Positions 10,472-20,313 of a stretch of DNA of 51,596 bases are shown in pieces (positions within the stretch are counted from its first letter, which is position 1; each line of letters begins with the position of its first letter). The stretch lies in the IMG/VR virus record IMGVR_UViG_2718218098_000003. One strand, given 5' to 3'. The position numbers and the translations under genes were made by a program. The notes under the pieces are model-generated. The model ran no database searches. It was not told where the DNA came from and was given only the letters and a program-made list of their open reading frames with translations. The stretch comes from a virus. Lineage: Duplodnaviria > Heunggongvirae > Uroviricota > Caudoviricetes.

Positions 10472-11218
10472 ATGAAAAATATTGCGACAGGCGGCGTTCT
10501 GGAGCGTATCCGCAGACTGACCCCACCACATGTAACCGCCCCATTCAGAACGGTTGCGGAGTGGCGTGAGTGGCAACTTGCTGAAGGCCAGAAACGTTGC
10601 GAGGAGATCAACCGCCTGAATCGTCAGTTGCGGGTGGAAAAAATTCTGAATCGCTCTGGCATCCAGCCGTTGCACCGTAAATGCTCGTTTGCGAATTACC
10701 AGGTGCTGAACGACGGCCAGCGATACGCGTTAAGCCAGGCGAAATCCATTGCCGATGAACTGATGACCGGGTGTACAAATTTTGCGTTCAGCGGAAAACC
10801 TGGTACCGGGAAGAATCACTTAGCGGCAGCTATCGGGAATCGCCTGCTGAAAGACGGTCAGACAGTGATTGTGGTTACCGTGGCTGATGTTATGAGCGCC
10901 CTGCACGCCAGCTATGACGACGGGCAGTCAGGCGAAAAATTTTTGCGGGAGCTGTGCGAAGTGGATCTGCTGGTTCTTGATGAAATTGGCATTCAGCGCG
11001 AGACGAAAAACGAGCAGGTGGTGCTGCACCAGATTGTTGATCGCCGGACAGCGTCGATGCGCAGCGTGGGGATGCTGACAAACCTGAACTATGAGGCCAT
11101 GAAAACATTGCTCGGCGAGCGGATTATGGATCGCATGACCATGAACGGCGGGCGATGGGTGAATTTTAACTGGGAGAGCTGGCGTTCGAATGTTGGTCAG
11201 CCAGGAATTGAGAAGTAA
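10472..11218 (+). CDS. DnaC-like helicase loader (IstB-like AAA+ ATPase)
   Basis: Walker [16 protein letters not shown], Walker [10 protein letters not shown]. Confidence 0.85.
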   Translation: MKNIATGGVLERIRRLTPPHVTAPFRTVAEWREWQLAEGQKRCEEINRLNRQLRVEKILNRSGIQPLHRKCSFANYQVLNDGQRYALSQAKSIADELMTGCTNFAFSGKPGTGKNHLAAAIGNRLLKDGQTVIVVTVADVMSALHASYDDGQSGEKFLRELCEVDLLVLDEIGIQRETKNEQVVLHQIVDRRTASMRSVGMLTNLNYEAMKTLLGERIMDRMTMNGGRWVNFNWESWRSNVGQPGIEK

Positions 11219-11240
11219 TTTTTACCGGGAGGAAATTTTA

Positions 11241-12002
11241 ATGGAGACTGTTTTTGACGCACTGAAAGCAATGGGAAAAGCCACATCCATAGAACTTGCT
11301 GCGCGACTTGATATCAGTCGTGAAGAAGTGCTGAACGAACTATGGGAACTGAAAAAGGCTGGTTTTGTTGATAAAAGCGTATACACCTGGCGTGTGGCCG
11401 ATAACAACGTTCAGCAGGAACATCCAGTGCCGGAAGAACAGCCGGAAGAAATCGCCACGGCAACAGTAGCGAAAATCTCAGAGTGCGATTTAACCGCGAC
11501 GATTGAACAACGCGGACCACAAACGGCGGATGAACTGGCTACGCTGTTCGGTACCACATCCCGCAAAGTGGCTTCAACGCTGGCAATGGCAATCAGCAAA
11601 GGTCGTCTGATTCGTGTTAATCAGAACGGTAAATTTCGTTACTGCATGCCGGGCGGTAATTTACCAGCAGAGCCGAAAGCGGCATCGGTAGCGGAAACTG
11701 ATGGTAAAGCCTTTCCTCAGCCTGCATGTGTTGCGTTACCAGTACAGGACGCGGCAACACAGGAAGAAATTAAAACAGAAACTGTGACGGACATTGTGCA
11801 GTCGTTGCCATCGTTTACTGAAACGCGAGCGGATGACCTGGTTTTACCATCGCTGCATATGGCAAACCGCGAACTGCGTCGGGCGAAAAATCATGTCCAG
11901 AAGTGGGAGCGAGTCTGCGCCGCGCTGCGGGAGCTGAACAAGCACCGGGATATTGTTCGACAGATTTTCGATTCCTCCAGTCGTATTGTGTCGGAAAAGT
12001 GA
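11241..12002 (+). CDS. Hypothetical protein, probable winged-helix domains
   Basis: 254 aa from [43 protein letters not shown]; SD ggagg. Confidence 0.5.
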   Translation: METVFDALKAMGKATSIELAARLDISREEVLNELWELKKAGFVDKSVYTWRVADNNVQQEHPVPEEQPEEIATATVAKISECDLTATIEQRGPQTADELATLFGTTSRKVASTLAMAISKGRLIRVNQNGKFRYCMPGGNLPAEPKAASVAETDGKAFPQPACVALPVQDAATQEEIKTETVTDIVQSLPSFTETRADDLVLPSLHMANRELRRAKNHVQKWERVCAALRELNKHRDIVRQIFDSSSRIVSEK

Positions 12003-12017
12003 TTGCCGGAGGCACCT

Positions 12018-12440
12018 ATGGCAAAAGTATTTACACCAGAAGAGCGGGAAAAAATTAAAGGGCAGGTTGTTGAACTTGTACGTCTGAGCGGTCGCGAGAC
12101 GTTACGGGCTCTGGAGGCTAAAACCGGTGCATCAAGGTATTACATAAGCACTCTCGCCAGAGAACTGGTCGCCAGTGGTGATGTTTACAATTCAGGCTAC
12201 GGATTATTCCCGTCTGAGCAGGCGCGTAAAGACTGGCAAAACGCCCGCAAAAAACTATCAAGGGCAAAGGTGAAGAAACCGGTTGTGGTTGATCCTGACC
12301 TTATCTGGTCATTACCAGACGGAGAAATACGTCGTTACAACAGACGACAGAACATAATCTGTCGCGAGTGCCGGAATAGTGAAGTTATGCAGCGTGTACT
12401 GGCTTTCTATCAGGGGAATTTTCAGGAGGCGGCGCAGTGA
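12018..12440 (+). CDS. Hypothetical protein
   Basis: 140 aa from MAKVFTPEEREKIK...; SD ggagg before ATG 12018. Confidence 0.45.
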   Translation: MAKVFTPEEREKIKGQVVELVRLSGRETLRALEAKTGASRYYISTLARELVASGDVYNSGYGLFPSEQARKDWQNARKKLSRAKVKKPVVVDPDLIWSLPDGEIRRYNRRQNIICRECRNSEVMQRVLAFYQGNFQEAAQ

Positions 12441-12637
12441 GCAGGATTGACTACCAGGAATTGGCTGCTGCTAACGCTTTCCTGGCGGATGTGCGGGCGG
12501 GGGCGTTTAACGACCTTTGCGCGGCGTTTGTCAGGCACGCAAAAGTTGCAGGGCTGGATGATGGCGATACCGTAACGCTTAAGGAAGCGACAGATACGCT
12601 GCTGCATTGTGCGGAACAGCTTCGTATATCTGAATAA
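12437..12637 (+). CDS. Hypothetical small protein
   Basis: 66 aa, GTG start overlapping preceding stop (GTGA). Confidence 0.4.
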   Translation: MSRIDYQELAAANAFLADVRAGAFNDLCAAFVRHAKVAGLDDGDTVTLKEATDTLLHCAEQLRISE

Positions 12638-12801
12638 TTAAATTTAGCACTGTAAATAAAATTTAATCCTTAACCGGAGGAATTTCTGCACCCTCAGAAC
12701 AGCAGGAGACCACCCGAAAGGGTGGTAATAAAAATGGCAGAACTAACTAAAGAATGGTTGCAACAAACAATTACTGATATTCAGATCAATTGAGGTGAGA
12801 A

Positions 12802-12972
12802 ATGCGGATGGAAAATTGTTTATTGCCGTATCTGGTGCGGTTTGGGGCGTCGTCATTAACAGTTATTCCACATGTCATGATGGCTGACAATATTATCCCG
12901 GCACCAAAGCGCCATACCGGTATTGCAGCGGCGCGACGTGCAGCAAAGAAACGCAGGAGAGCAAAACGATGA
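12802..12972 (+). CDS. Hypothetical small basic protein
   Basis: 56-aa ORF hand-translated (MRMENCLLPYLVRFGASSLTV...AAKKRRRAKR), SD gaggtgag; stop overlaps next start (ATGA). Confidence 0.25.
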   Translation: MRMENCLLPYLVRFGASSLTVIPHVMMADNIIPAPKRHTGIAAARRAAKKRRRAKR

Positions 12973-13157
12973 AAAACCGTAAAGCAAAGATTCTGTTAGC
13001 TCGCAGAAACGGTGTTGGGGTCTGGCGATGGTTGAGGATTAGTAACAGACGAGTGAGGTTGACGGGGTGTTGCGGGGTGATGGGTCACAGCTGTTGCAAA
13101 AAGCCCAGCGCGGCGCAAAACCGCTGGAAAAACCACTTGCGCACTAAAGGAGAGTGA
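12969..13157 (+). CDS. Hypothetical small Cys-rich basic protein
   Basis: 62 aa; translationally coupled on both sides. Confidence 0.25.
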   Translation: MKNRKAKILLARRNGVGVWRWLRISNRRVRLTGCCGVMGHSCCKKPSAAQNRWKNHLRTKGE

Positions 13158-13158
13158 T

Positions 13159-13416
13159 GTGCCTACATTATTCAGAAAAGAATACCCGCGAAGAAGCAGG
13201 ACAATAGAAATCATGTTTCTCATTCTGTTTATCGTGTTGATGATACCGATATCCCCGCTAATTTTTATCTGGGCAATCGGGAAAATAATTGAGCCAGTTA
13301 TTGAATTGTATAACGACGTGGTATGGGCGTCGTTCAACACACTGCACAATAAAATTAATCCGTATAAGGAGAATGAGATGAACGCATCCCCCAACATTAA
13401 ATCCGGAGCACAGTGA
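13159..13416 (+). CDS. Hypothetical small membrane protein
   Basis: 85 aa with one hydrophobic helix IMFLILFIVLMIPISPLIFIWAIG; SD aaggagag; 3' part may belong to the IS left end. Confidence 0.3.
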   Translation: MPTLFRKEYPRRSRTIEIMFLILFIVLMIPISPLIFIWAIGKIIEPVIELYNDVVWASFNTLHNKINPYKENEMNASPNIKSGAQ

Positions 13417-13520
13417 TGAATAAAGGGGGAAATCAGAGAGGTGTGGAGCCTCGCAGATTTCCGGCATCATTGTGCCCAATACGGGATGCATAAAGTTCCC
13501 TCAGACTGGAGACTCCACAA

Positions 13521-14541
13521 ATGAAATATACACCGGTTGGCGTTGATATCGCAAAACATCTGATTCAGGTTCACTTCATTGATGAGAACACAGGTGAAGT
13601 GGTGGATAAGCAACTTCGTGGCAGAGATTTTCTTGAATATTTCAGCAACCGGGAACCCTGCCTGATTGGTATGGAGGCCTGTGGAGGCTCTCAGCACTGG
13701 GCACGGGAGCTGACAAAGCTGGGGCATAACGTCCGCTTGTTACAGGCCCGCTTCGTTAAGGCATTCGTCATGGGAAACAAGAACGACGTGATGGATGCCC
13801 GGGCTATCTGGATGGCGGTTCAGCAGCCCGGTAAAGAAATTGCCGTCAAAACAGAAGAACAGCAGTCGGTACTGGTTCTGCACCGTACCCGCATGCAACT
13901 GGTGAAGTTCCGGACCGCACAAATTAACGCCCTACACGGGACGTTACTGGAGTTTGGTGAAACCATCCACAAAGGTCGGGCAGCAATGGAGCGGGAGTTC
14001 CCTGAAGCACTGGAACGAATGAAAGAGAGACTGCCACCGTATCTCATCACGGTACTGGAAAACCAGTATAAGCGGGTTGAATGAGCTGGACTCCCTGATA
14101 GAAGACATCGAAAAACAGCTTGCCAGCGTGGCGAAACAGAATGAGACCTGTAAGCGGTTGCTGGATATTCCTGGTGTTGGGCCACTTATTGCGACGGCAG
14201 CGGTGGCCACCATGGGGGAAGCATCAGCGTTTAAATCAGGGCGAGAGTTCGCGGCTTATGTTGGTCTGGTGCCCAAACAGACTGGCTCAGGAGGGAAAAT
14301 TCGCCTGCTGGGGATAAGCAAACGTGGTGATACATATCTGCGAACCCTGTTTATTCATGGCGCAAGGGCGGCAGCATTACTGACTAAAGAACCTGGTCCG
14401 TGGATAACCGAACTGAAAAAACGTCGTCCAGCCAGTGTGGCTATCGTCGCCATGGCAAACAAGCTGGCACGAACAGTATGGGCGATAGCTGCCCATGACC
14501 GTAAGTATGACAGGAACCATGTCAGTATCAGACCATATTAA
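13521..14541 (+). pseudogene. IS110-family recombinase/transposase, interrupted by a +1 frameshift near 14075-14080
   Basis: ORFs 13521-14084 and 14077-14541 together read as one ~340-aa protein (...LENQYKRV / NELDSLIEDIEK...); single extra base in cgggttgaatgag. Confidence 0.65.
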
Positions 14542-14788
14542 TCGCTGATACCGATAAATAATGAACTCTTAACAAAAGGGTGAATGCTGAAAGGTTGCTC
14601 TGGCGGCCCGAGTGATGACAACGACAGGTAAGACCGTGACCTGATAAACCTGAATAACAGCCGGGATATAAAGTCCGTAAGGAGAATAAGGCTCAGGTCA
14701 GCGAATCTCATAGTGGCCCGCAGCTCTGGCTGCAATAAGGCCGGATACAGAGCTGCAACTAATCGTCGATGTCAGAACAACGGATGCC
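14542..14788 (+). ncRNA. Candidate IS-associated structured non-coding RNA (possible bridge-type guide RNA); may instead lie in 13300-13520
   Basis: 247 bp non-coding directly after the recombinase with an 8-bp stem gcagctctg...cagagctgc (14720-14756) and other complementarity; inference only. Confidence 0.25.
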
Positions 14789-15340
14789 TTGCAAACGGGG
14801 ATGCGTTCATACAGAACTGTTATGACCACTATTACCAGAGAAAACGCGGAGATTAAATCATTCATCACTGGTTTCCTGAGCGACCCGGCGCACGATATTC
14901 AATCTTCAGACAGCTTGCTTGCCAATGTGTTTCGTATCGCACTGGCGTCACTGGAAGCAGAGCCAGTGGCGTGGAAGGCAACCTTCACGCAAATTGACAA
15001 TGAATATAATACGTTCACTGCTCTGTATTCTGACAAAGCAGAAGTCGAACGGTGGGTGCGATTGCATGAAATAGGTGACTTTCGGGCAGAAATAACACCG
15101 CTTTACGCAGCGCCGTCAGCGCCGGTCGCTCCAGATGGTTGGATAAGCTGTAGTGAGCGAATGCCAAAAGATGGTCAGCACGTAATTATTTTATGTGATG
15201 GCGCATTCGTTCTTTATGCGCAATATCGGGACGGTGAGTTTTTTGATGTCGTCCGCAATGGTGAGGAATTCTTCGAAACGCAGAGCCGCAATGTAACCCA
15301 CTGGATGCTGCTACCGGAGCCGCCGCAGGAGGTGAACTGA
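14789..15340 (+). CDS. DUF551-type phage protein
   Basis: 183 aa; C-terminal WISCSERMPKDGQHVIIL...THWMLLPEPP pattern; start uncertain. Confidence 0.5.
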   Translation: MQTGMRSYRTVMTTITRENAEIKSFITGFLSDPAHDIQSSDSLLANVFRIALASLEAEPVAWKATFTQIDNEYNTFTALYSDKAEVERWVRLHEIGDFRAEITPLYAAPSAPVAPDGWISCSERMPKDGQHVIILCDGAFVLYAQYRDGEFFDVVRNGEEFFETQSRNVTHWMLLPEPPQEVN

Positions 15341-15732
15341 TGAATGAAGGCGACAATGTTATCACCCTGGTACAGCCAAAATCAGAGGAGGAAGGACTCC
15401 TCAACGTTGTGATAACCGACAGAAAAAGCGGCGAGCAAAAATGCTGTCAGCATATCCGTACAACAATTTCAGAAGTGAATCGTACGATTACCTGTAACCG
15501 ATGCGGATTGGCTTTAGATCCGTTCGAGCTTGTTCTCGACCGTGCGAGAAACGGTGAAAACATCGTGACTGAGATTAAATCACTCTATGCAAAGCGGGAT
15601 GCTCTTCGTGAAGCTGTGGCAAAACTTGAACGTGAAGAGAAAAATGCCAAAGCCCGGTTACGAGCAGCCAGGACAGCAATACTGTATGCGGAAAATGACC
15701 TTAAAAATATTGAGCAGGAGGTGAATCGATGA
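15340..15732 (+). CDS. Hypothetical protein with Cys cluster and C-terminal coiled coil
   Basis: 130 aa; CCQH...CNRCG followed by a coiled-coil-like C-terminus. Confidence 0.45.
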   Translation: MNEGDNVITLVQPKSEEEGLLNVVITDRKSGEQKCCQHIRTTISEVNRTITCNRCGLALDPFELVLDRARNGENIVTEIKSLYAKRDALREAVAKLEREEKNAKARLRAARTAILYAENDLKNIEQEVNR

Positions 15733-15812
15733 CCTGGCCTGAAGCATTCACAACGGTAGGAATTGCGATGGCGGTGGCGCTGGTGGTGTATTCGATTTGC
15801 CGTTGGAGATAA
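15729..15812 (+). CDS. Possible 27-aa membrane peptide
   Basis: MTWPEAFTTVGIAMAVALVVYSICRWR hand-translated; ATGA overlap with preceding stop. Confidence 0.25.
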   Translation: MTWPEAFTTVGIAMAVALVVYSICRWR

Positions 15813-15899
15813 AAACGGTTTGCGGGAAAAGGAGAGTTAAGTAGAATTGCTGCGGGTGCTTGAGGCTATCTGCCTCAGGCATGAACACCAACGGCAGAT

Positions 15900-15990
15900 A
15901 GAGAAAAGCCCCAGTTAACATTACGCGTCTTGCAGGACGCTTAACATTAATCTGAGGCCCAATCTATGTCTCACAAATGTAGGTTAGCCT
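15900..15990 (-). ncRNA. Candidate Sok-type antisense RNA region (not delimited)
   Basis: Placement inferred from hok/sok architecture; no promoter or terminator resolved. Confidence 0.2.
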
Positions 15991-16022
15991 CTTACGTGCC
16001 GAAAGGCAAGGAGAAGCAGGCT

Positions 16023-16178
16023 ATGAAGCAGCAAAAGGCGATGTTAATCGCCCTGATCGTCATCTGTTTAACCGTCATAGTGACGGCACTGGTAACGAGG
16101 AAAGACCTCTGCGAGGTACGAATCCGAACCGGCCAGACGGAGGTCGCTGTCTTCACAGCTTACGAACCTGAGGAGTAA
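16023..16178 (+). CDS. hok: Hok/Gef-family type I toxin (HokD/RelF-like)
   Basis: 51-aa MKQQKAMLIALIVICLTVIVTALVTRKDLCEVRIRTGQTEVAVFTAYEPEE; SD aaggag; in-frame upstream extension from 15966 (mok-like). Confidence 0.85.
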   Translation: MKQQKAMLIALIVICLTVIVTALVTRKDLCEVRIRTGQTEVAVFTAYEPEE

Positions 16179-16248
16179 GAGACCGGGCGGGAGAGTAATC
16201 TCCCGCCACCTCTGATATGTCAGGCATCCTCAACGCACCCGCACTTAA

Positions 16249-16268
16249 CCCGCTTCGGCGGGTTTTTT
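16249..16268 (+). terminator. Intrinsic terminator after hok (cccgcttcggcggg + T6)
   Basis: aacccgcttcggcgggtttttt; same 22-nt sequence recurs at 17087-17108. Confidence 0.7.
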
Positions 16269-16386
16269 CACGTACTGTGGTTGTGAATACGATTGGTATT
16301 AGGCTATGCTAACAACATTAGCCTGACTAATTTTGTATTGACTTAATTTTTGTTAAAGAACAGGACGGAGAAGTAAGGGTACACCA

Positions 16387-16566
16387 ATGAGCTACGCACT
16401 AAAAAAACACCCGCGATTGACTATTCCCCCTCGCGATAAAAGCGTTGTGGCAGCTCCGCGCCCGGCTATCGATGAAAATTGCACTCATCGTGAGCAGGTG
16501 AAAAATGCTTTCGATTTCGGTTTTTCTCGTTACGAGAAGGCAATGGAAGATCTTTCAAAAGTGTAA
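16387..16566 (+). CDS. Putative antitoxin partner of Doc-family toxin
   Basis: 59-aa ORF hand-translated (MSYALKKHPRLTIPPRDK...), 18 nt upstream of the doc-like gene; no family motif recognised. Confidence 0.35.
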   Translation: MSYALKKHPRLTIPPRDKSVVAAPRPAIDENCTHREQVKNAFDFGFSRYEKAMEDLSKV

Positions 16567-16584
16567 TGATGGGTATTGTGCTCT

Positions 16585-17070
16585 ATGGCTGAGATTGTTG
16601 AAGGAGTGCACTACCTTTCGGTTGATGATCTTACTGAAATTAATCGCCTTTTAATTGAGCTTCAAACACCAGATGAACCTGTTGGTGTGCTGAGTGTTGA
16701 TAATTTAAGTTCTTCTCAGTCTCGTCCCAGTATGGTTCGATGGTATGAGCAAACCAACGACATGTTTGTACTGGCATCGGTATTGATTGAAAGTCTGATT
16801 CAGAATCATCCATTTGCCAATGCAAACAAGCGCACAGCAATGATGGCTGGTGCGGTTTTTTTATTGTTAAATGGATACGAATTAACCGCACCAGGCGATG
16901 AAGTTGTGGAGATGGCTGAGGGGCTGGCCTGTAAAATTTATACACGAGAAGAGCTTGAAAATTGGTTGTGTTATTGGTCTCGTGCGTATGACAGTCGGGA
17001 ATTATGTAAAACAGGCGCAACTATTGTTTTGTATGAAACTATCAAGCTTAAAATAGAACAGCAAAACTAA
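16585..17070 (+). CDS. Doc/Fic-family toxin (Doc-like kinase)
   Basis: Motif HPFANANKRTA fits the Doc variant HxFx(D/N)(A/G)NKR of the Fic signature; 161 aa. Confidence 0.7.
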   Translation: MAEIVEGVHYLSVDDLTEINRLLIELQTPDEPVGVLSVDNLSSSQSRPSMVRWYEQTNDMFVLASVLIESLIQNHPFANANKRTAMMAGAVFLLLNGYELTAPGDEVVEMAEGLACKIYTREELENWLCYWSRAYDSRELCKTGATIVLYETIKLKIEQQN

Positions 17071-17088
17071 AGATGCTTCTAATGAAAA

Positions 17089-17108
17089 CCCGCTTCGGCG
17101 GGTTTTTT
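17089..17108 (+). terminator. Intrinsic terminator after doc-like gene
   Basis: cccgcttcggcgggtttttt. Confidence 0.7.
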
Positions 17109-17293
17109 GTTGCGTGCTGAATACGCAGTGTGAAAAATAACCATATATTTGATTATATACACAACAAAAAATAAAAGTCATTGCACCTGCACATTAAATA
17201 ATCAAATATACGACGTGAAATAAATATTTTTCAGATTAATATTTTTGTCTCTATGTGGATATAACCGTTTGTACTTATAAACCTGGAGGCATC

Positions 17294-17506
17294 GTGGAAA
17301 AAATAAAGAAACTATTTAGTAGCAAATATGCAGTCATACGTCGTGATGACCTGTCAGTTATAGTCGAAATGGATTACTTCCCTGAAACCAAAAAATCAAT
17401 GATGTATCGTAATGGTCGAAAGGCAATTTTTTTACCGATGAGGGTAAGTGACATTATGGGAAATGATAAACTGCTGGATGAATTGCGAGTCAGAGCATCC
17501 TGTTAG
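17294..17506 (+). CDS. Hypothetical small protein
   Basis: GTG start after SD ggagg; 70 aa; weak. Confidence 0.3.
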   Translation: MEKIKKLFSSKYAVIRRDDLSVIVEMDYFPETKKSMMYRNGRKAIFLPMRVSDIMGNDKLLDELRVRASC

Positions 17507-17577
17507 TATTGGCATTAATTCTGGTATACTACATAACGGGCTGAACACCCATTCTACTGCGCCAGCGGAGAACTACG

Positions 17578-18177
17578 ATGGCGCATATACAACTGGTCAA
17601 ACAAACCTCTTCCGGATTACTTCTCCCGGCGACGCCGGAGAGTTGCGATTTTTTGCATCAAATAAAAATAGGCGAGTGGATACACGCAGACTTTAAGCGT
17701 GTGCGTAACTACGCATTCCACAAGCGTTTTTTCAAACTCCTGCAACTGGGATTCGATTACTGGACTCCGGTCGGTGGGGCGATCACGCCTCGCGAACGAA
17801 AACTGGTGTCCGGTTTCGTTGATTACCTGTGCGAATCAGTTGGTCGGGAACACACGCCAGCCCTGAGTGATGCCGCAGAGCAATACCTTAACACCGTTGC
17901 GACTCGTAGAACCCGGGATACGGCGTTGCTAAAGTCGTTTGAGGCTTTCCGCGAGTGGGTAACCATTCAGGCCGGATTTTACACCGAGCATATTTATCCG
18001 GACGGTAGCCGTGGGCGTCGGGCAAAATCCATCGCTTTTGCGAATATGGACGAAGTCGAGTTTCAGCAGGTTTATAAATCTGTACTGAATGTGCTGTGGA
18101 ACTGGATTCTGTTCCGTAAATTCTCCTCTCAGGAGGAAGTTGAAAATGTGGCCGCACAACTACTGGAGTTTGCGTAA
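17578..18177 (+). CDS. Nin-region phage protein (YbcN/DUF1367-like, tentative)
   Basis: 199 aa, SD ggagaa; position upstream of the YbcO-like gene as in DLP12-type nin regions. Confidence 0.45.
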   Translation: MAHIQLVKQTSSGLLLPATPESCDFLHQIKIGEWIHADFKRVRNYAFHKRFFKLLQLGFDYWTPVGGAITPRERKLVSGFVDYLCESVGREHTPALSDAAEQYLNTVATRRTRDTALLKSFEAFREWVTIQAGFYTEHIYPDGSRGRRAKSIAFANMDEVEFQQVYKSVLNVLWNWILFRKFSSQEEVENVAAQLLEFA

Positions 18178-18467
18178 TGGTGAATTTACGTAAAGCGGCT
18201 AAAGGCCAGATGTGCCAGATCAGAATCCCTGGCTACTGCAATCACAATCCCGAAACCTCTGTGCTGGCGCATTACAGGCTGGCGGGGACGTGCGGAACAG
18301 CGACAAAACCACACGATATGCAGGCGGCGATAGCCTGTAGCTCATGCCACGATCTAATCGACGGGCGGGTAAAAACCAGCGATTACACCAAAGAAGAATT
18401 GCGCCTGATGCATGCTGAAGGGGTTTTTCGCACACAAGAAATCTGGAGAAAGGAAGGTCATTTATGA
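18177..18467 (+). CDS. YbcO-like putative nuclease (DUF1364), Cys-rich
   Basis: 96 aa, CQIRIPGYCNHNPETSVLAHY...CSSCHDLIDG. Confidence 0.55.
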   Translation: MVNLRKAAKGQMCQIRIPGYCNHNPETSVLAHYRLAGTCGTATKPHDMQAAIACSSCHDLIDGRVKTSDYTKEELRLMHAEGVFRTQEIWRKEGHL

Positions 18468-19006
18468 TTTACCCAACGAATACAGGAAAAAGCGGAGAAC
18501 ACCTTCGCCTCACCACGCTGGAAAGTGTCTGGATTCAGGGAAAACTACGTATGTGGGGGCGCTGGTCGTATATTGGCGGTGGCAGGTCAGGGAATATGTT
18601 CAATCAGTTGTTGGCATCCAAAAAACTGACGAAAACAGCCATTAATGAAGCCTTGCGCAGAATGAAAAAAGCGGGAATAGAGAAAGCTGAGCTGGAAGCG
18701 TTTTTGCGAGAGATGATCAACGGCAAGCAAAAGAGCTGGCTGGCGCATTGTACTGATGCAGAGGCGTTATGTATTGATCGAGTCATAAGTGAGGTGCTGG
18801 CAGAGCATCCAGGATTGATTTGCATTCTCCGGCAATGCTATGAAGGGCGGGGGATGACTAAGCGCAAAATGGCTGAATTGCTAAATGATGCACACCCAGA
18901 GTGGTGTTTTAGCACATGCGAAAAGCGAATTGCTAATTGGTTGGCCGTTGCTGAGTATGCGCTATACATTCCTATGCGAGAATCATTCGCTCAAAAAACG
19001 GCTTGA
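18464..19006 (+). CDS. Late-gene antiterminator Q (phage 82/933W-type family)
   Basis: 180 aa with RMWGRWSYIGGG near the N-terminus (WGxW motif recalled from Q proteins); located immediately upstream of the tRNA cluster and lysis genes. Confidence 0.55.
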   Translation: MIYPTNTGKSGEHLRLTTLESVWIQGKLRMWGRWSYIGGGRSGNMFNQLLASKKLTKTAINEALRRMKKAGIEKAELEAFLREMINGKQKSWLAHCTDAEALCIDRVISEVLAEHPGLICILRQCYEGRGMTKRKMAELLNDAHPEWCFSTCEKRIANWLAVAEYALYIPMRESFAQKTA

Positions 19007-19090
19007 TTTTTTACGCATAAACTGCTTCAATTCCGGTACGCTTCGCAAAGCTGTATCGCGAGGCGAACCAAGCGCATGAACTTTACCAGA

Positions 19091-19113
19091 ACCCGCCATT
19101 GAGCGGGTTTTTG
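19091..19113 (+). terminator. Intrinsic terminator downstream of Q (candidate tR')
   Basis: acccgccattgagcgggttttt. Confidence 0.45.
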
Positions 19114-19194
19114 CGCCACTTATCTCGGATAAACACGGTGAATGCGCTGGTGGAGGAGGTAAGGGTAATTTTTTACCAGTGGATTTTTGAACGC

Positions 19195-19223
19195 TTGCAA
19201 CATTGATTTCGTAACGTTATTAT
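19195..19223 (+). promoter_or_regulatory. Sigma-70-like promoter upstream of the tRNA cluster
   Basis: -35 ttgcaa, 17-bp spacer, -10 tattat, ~10 bp before first tRNA. Confidence 0.5.
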
Positions 19224-19232
19224 CCTGCGCTC

Positions 19233-19307
19233 GGCCCTTTAGCTCAGTGGTGAGAGCGAGCGACTCATAATCGCCAGGTCGCTGGTTCAAATCCAGCAAG
19301 GGCCACC
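19233..19307 (+). tRNA. tRNA-Ile (anticodon CAU, lysidine-type; ileX/ileZ-like)
   Basis: Cloverleaf read by hand; anticodon loop ctCATaa; close to recalled E. coli ileX. Confidence 0.8.
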
Positions 19308-19309
19308 TG

Positions 19310-19386
19310 TCGTCACTAGCTCACCTGGAAAGAGCATCAACCTTCTAAGTTGAGCGTACGAGGTTCGAGTCCTCGGTGGCGGTCCA
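19310..19386 (+). tRNA. tRNA-Arg (anticodon UCU)
   Basis: Anticodon loop ctTCTaa, T-loop ttcgagt, CCA encoded. Confidence 0.65.
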
Positions 19387-19388
19387 GT

Positions 19389-19464
<76 letters not shown>

Positions 19465-19467
19465 TAT

Positions 19468-19542
<75 letters not shown>

Positions 19543-20313
19543 GCATTTGAAACAAGCCTTATTGTATTGCGGCACTGGCGCATTTTTTTATTACGTGGGA
19601 GCAGGTTGTTTTGAAAAAGCATTCTGTTCTCTGGCTATGATTTGAGGCCGGGTGTAGCCTCAGTGCTGATTTTTTACGGCAGCAGAATGGTGCATTATCG
19701 GTGGAGATTTTGTATTTCCTGGCAGGGGCGGTGATGCATCATTTTGGTGTTGTAAAAGCACCGCAGAGGCGTTCCTCAGGGCGAGGGTGGTTTAAATAGT
19801 CGGTTTAGCGGGAAACCACAGTATCCATACAGCACGGAATACTTCGGGAGATACCCGACGCCTCGGTTTACTATAATAAAGACGAAGCATCCTTTGTATT
19901 GACAAACCGCCTGCTTAGACGGTTCTTTTTTGGCTGGTTTATTGTATGCCAAATCATTATTGAAAGGACTGTATTAATAACAAAATCCGAAATAATATGC
20001 CTGCATATTGTTAGTTTTCTTATGCTTTTTGTATATTGCTGCACCGCAGCCCCCCCTGCAACGAAAGTTGTATGATGAATAATTTTTATTTTTTCCTTTT
20101 CCAGTCATCTGAGGATGCTGGCTTCTTTTAGCTCCGGCCCGACAATACGGGGATATCACGTCAGGGGATGAAGGAATTAATTGCGTTGCCGGGGAAGCAT
20201 CGTCAGCTTTTTTAAGATAACTCCTGTGTGTTATGTGCATAAATGCTACAAACTCCACATTTTATGTGGTTGGGAGTTGCCGGGCGCGCAGTGAGTTTGC
20301 TAAGAAAACTCCT

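Larger units (their letters stand above)
13420..14790 (+). mobile_element. IS110-family insertion sequence (boundaries approximate)
   Basis: DEDD/RuvC-like N-domain (GVDIAK, GMEACG, NDVMDA) plus C-terminal Ser-recombinase-like Tnp domain (GISKRGDTYLR); flanked by ~100 bp and ~250 bp non-coding; no terminal inverted repeats seen, as expected for IS110. Confidence 0.6.

Noticed and set aside
9730-10675. Minus-strand ORFs of 293 and 166 aa overlapping the replication initiator gene
   Set aside because: Antisense to a convincing plus-strand gene; Ser/Arg/Pro-rich low-complexity products
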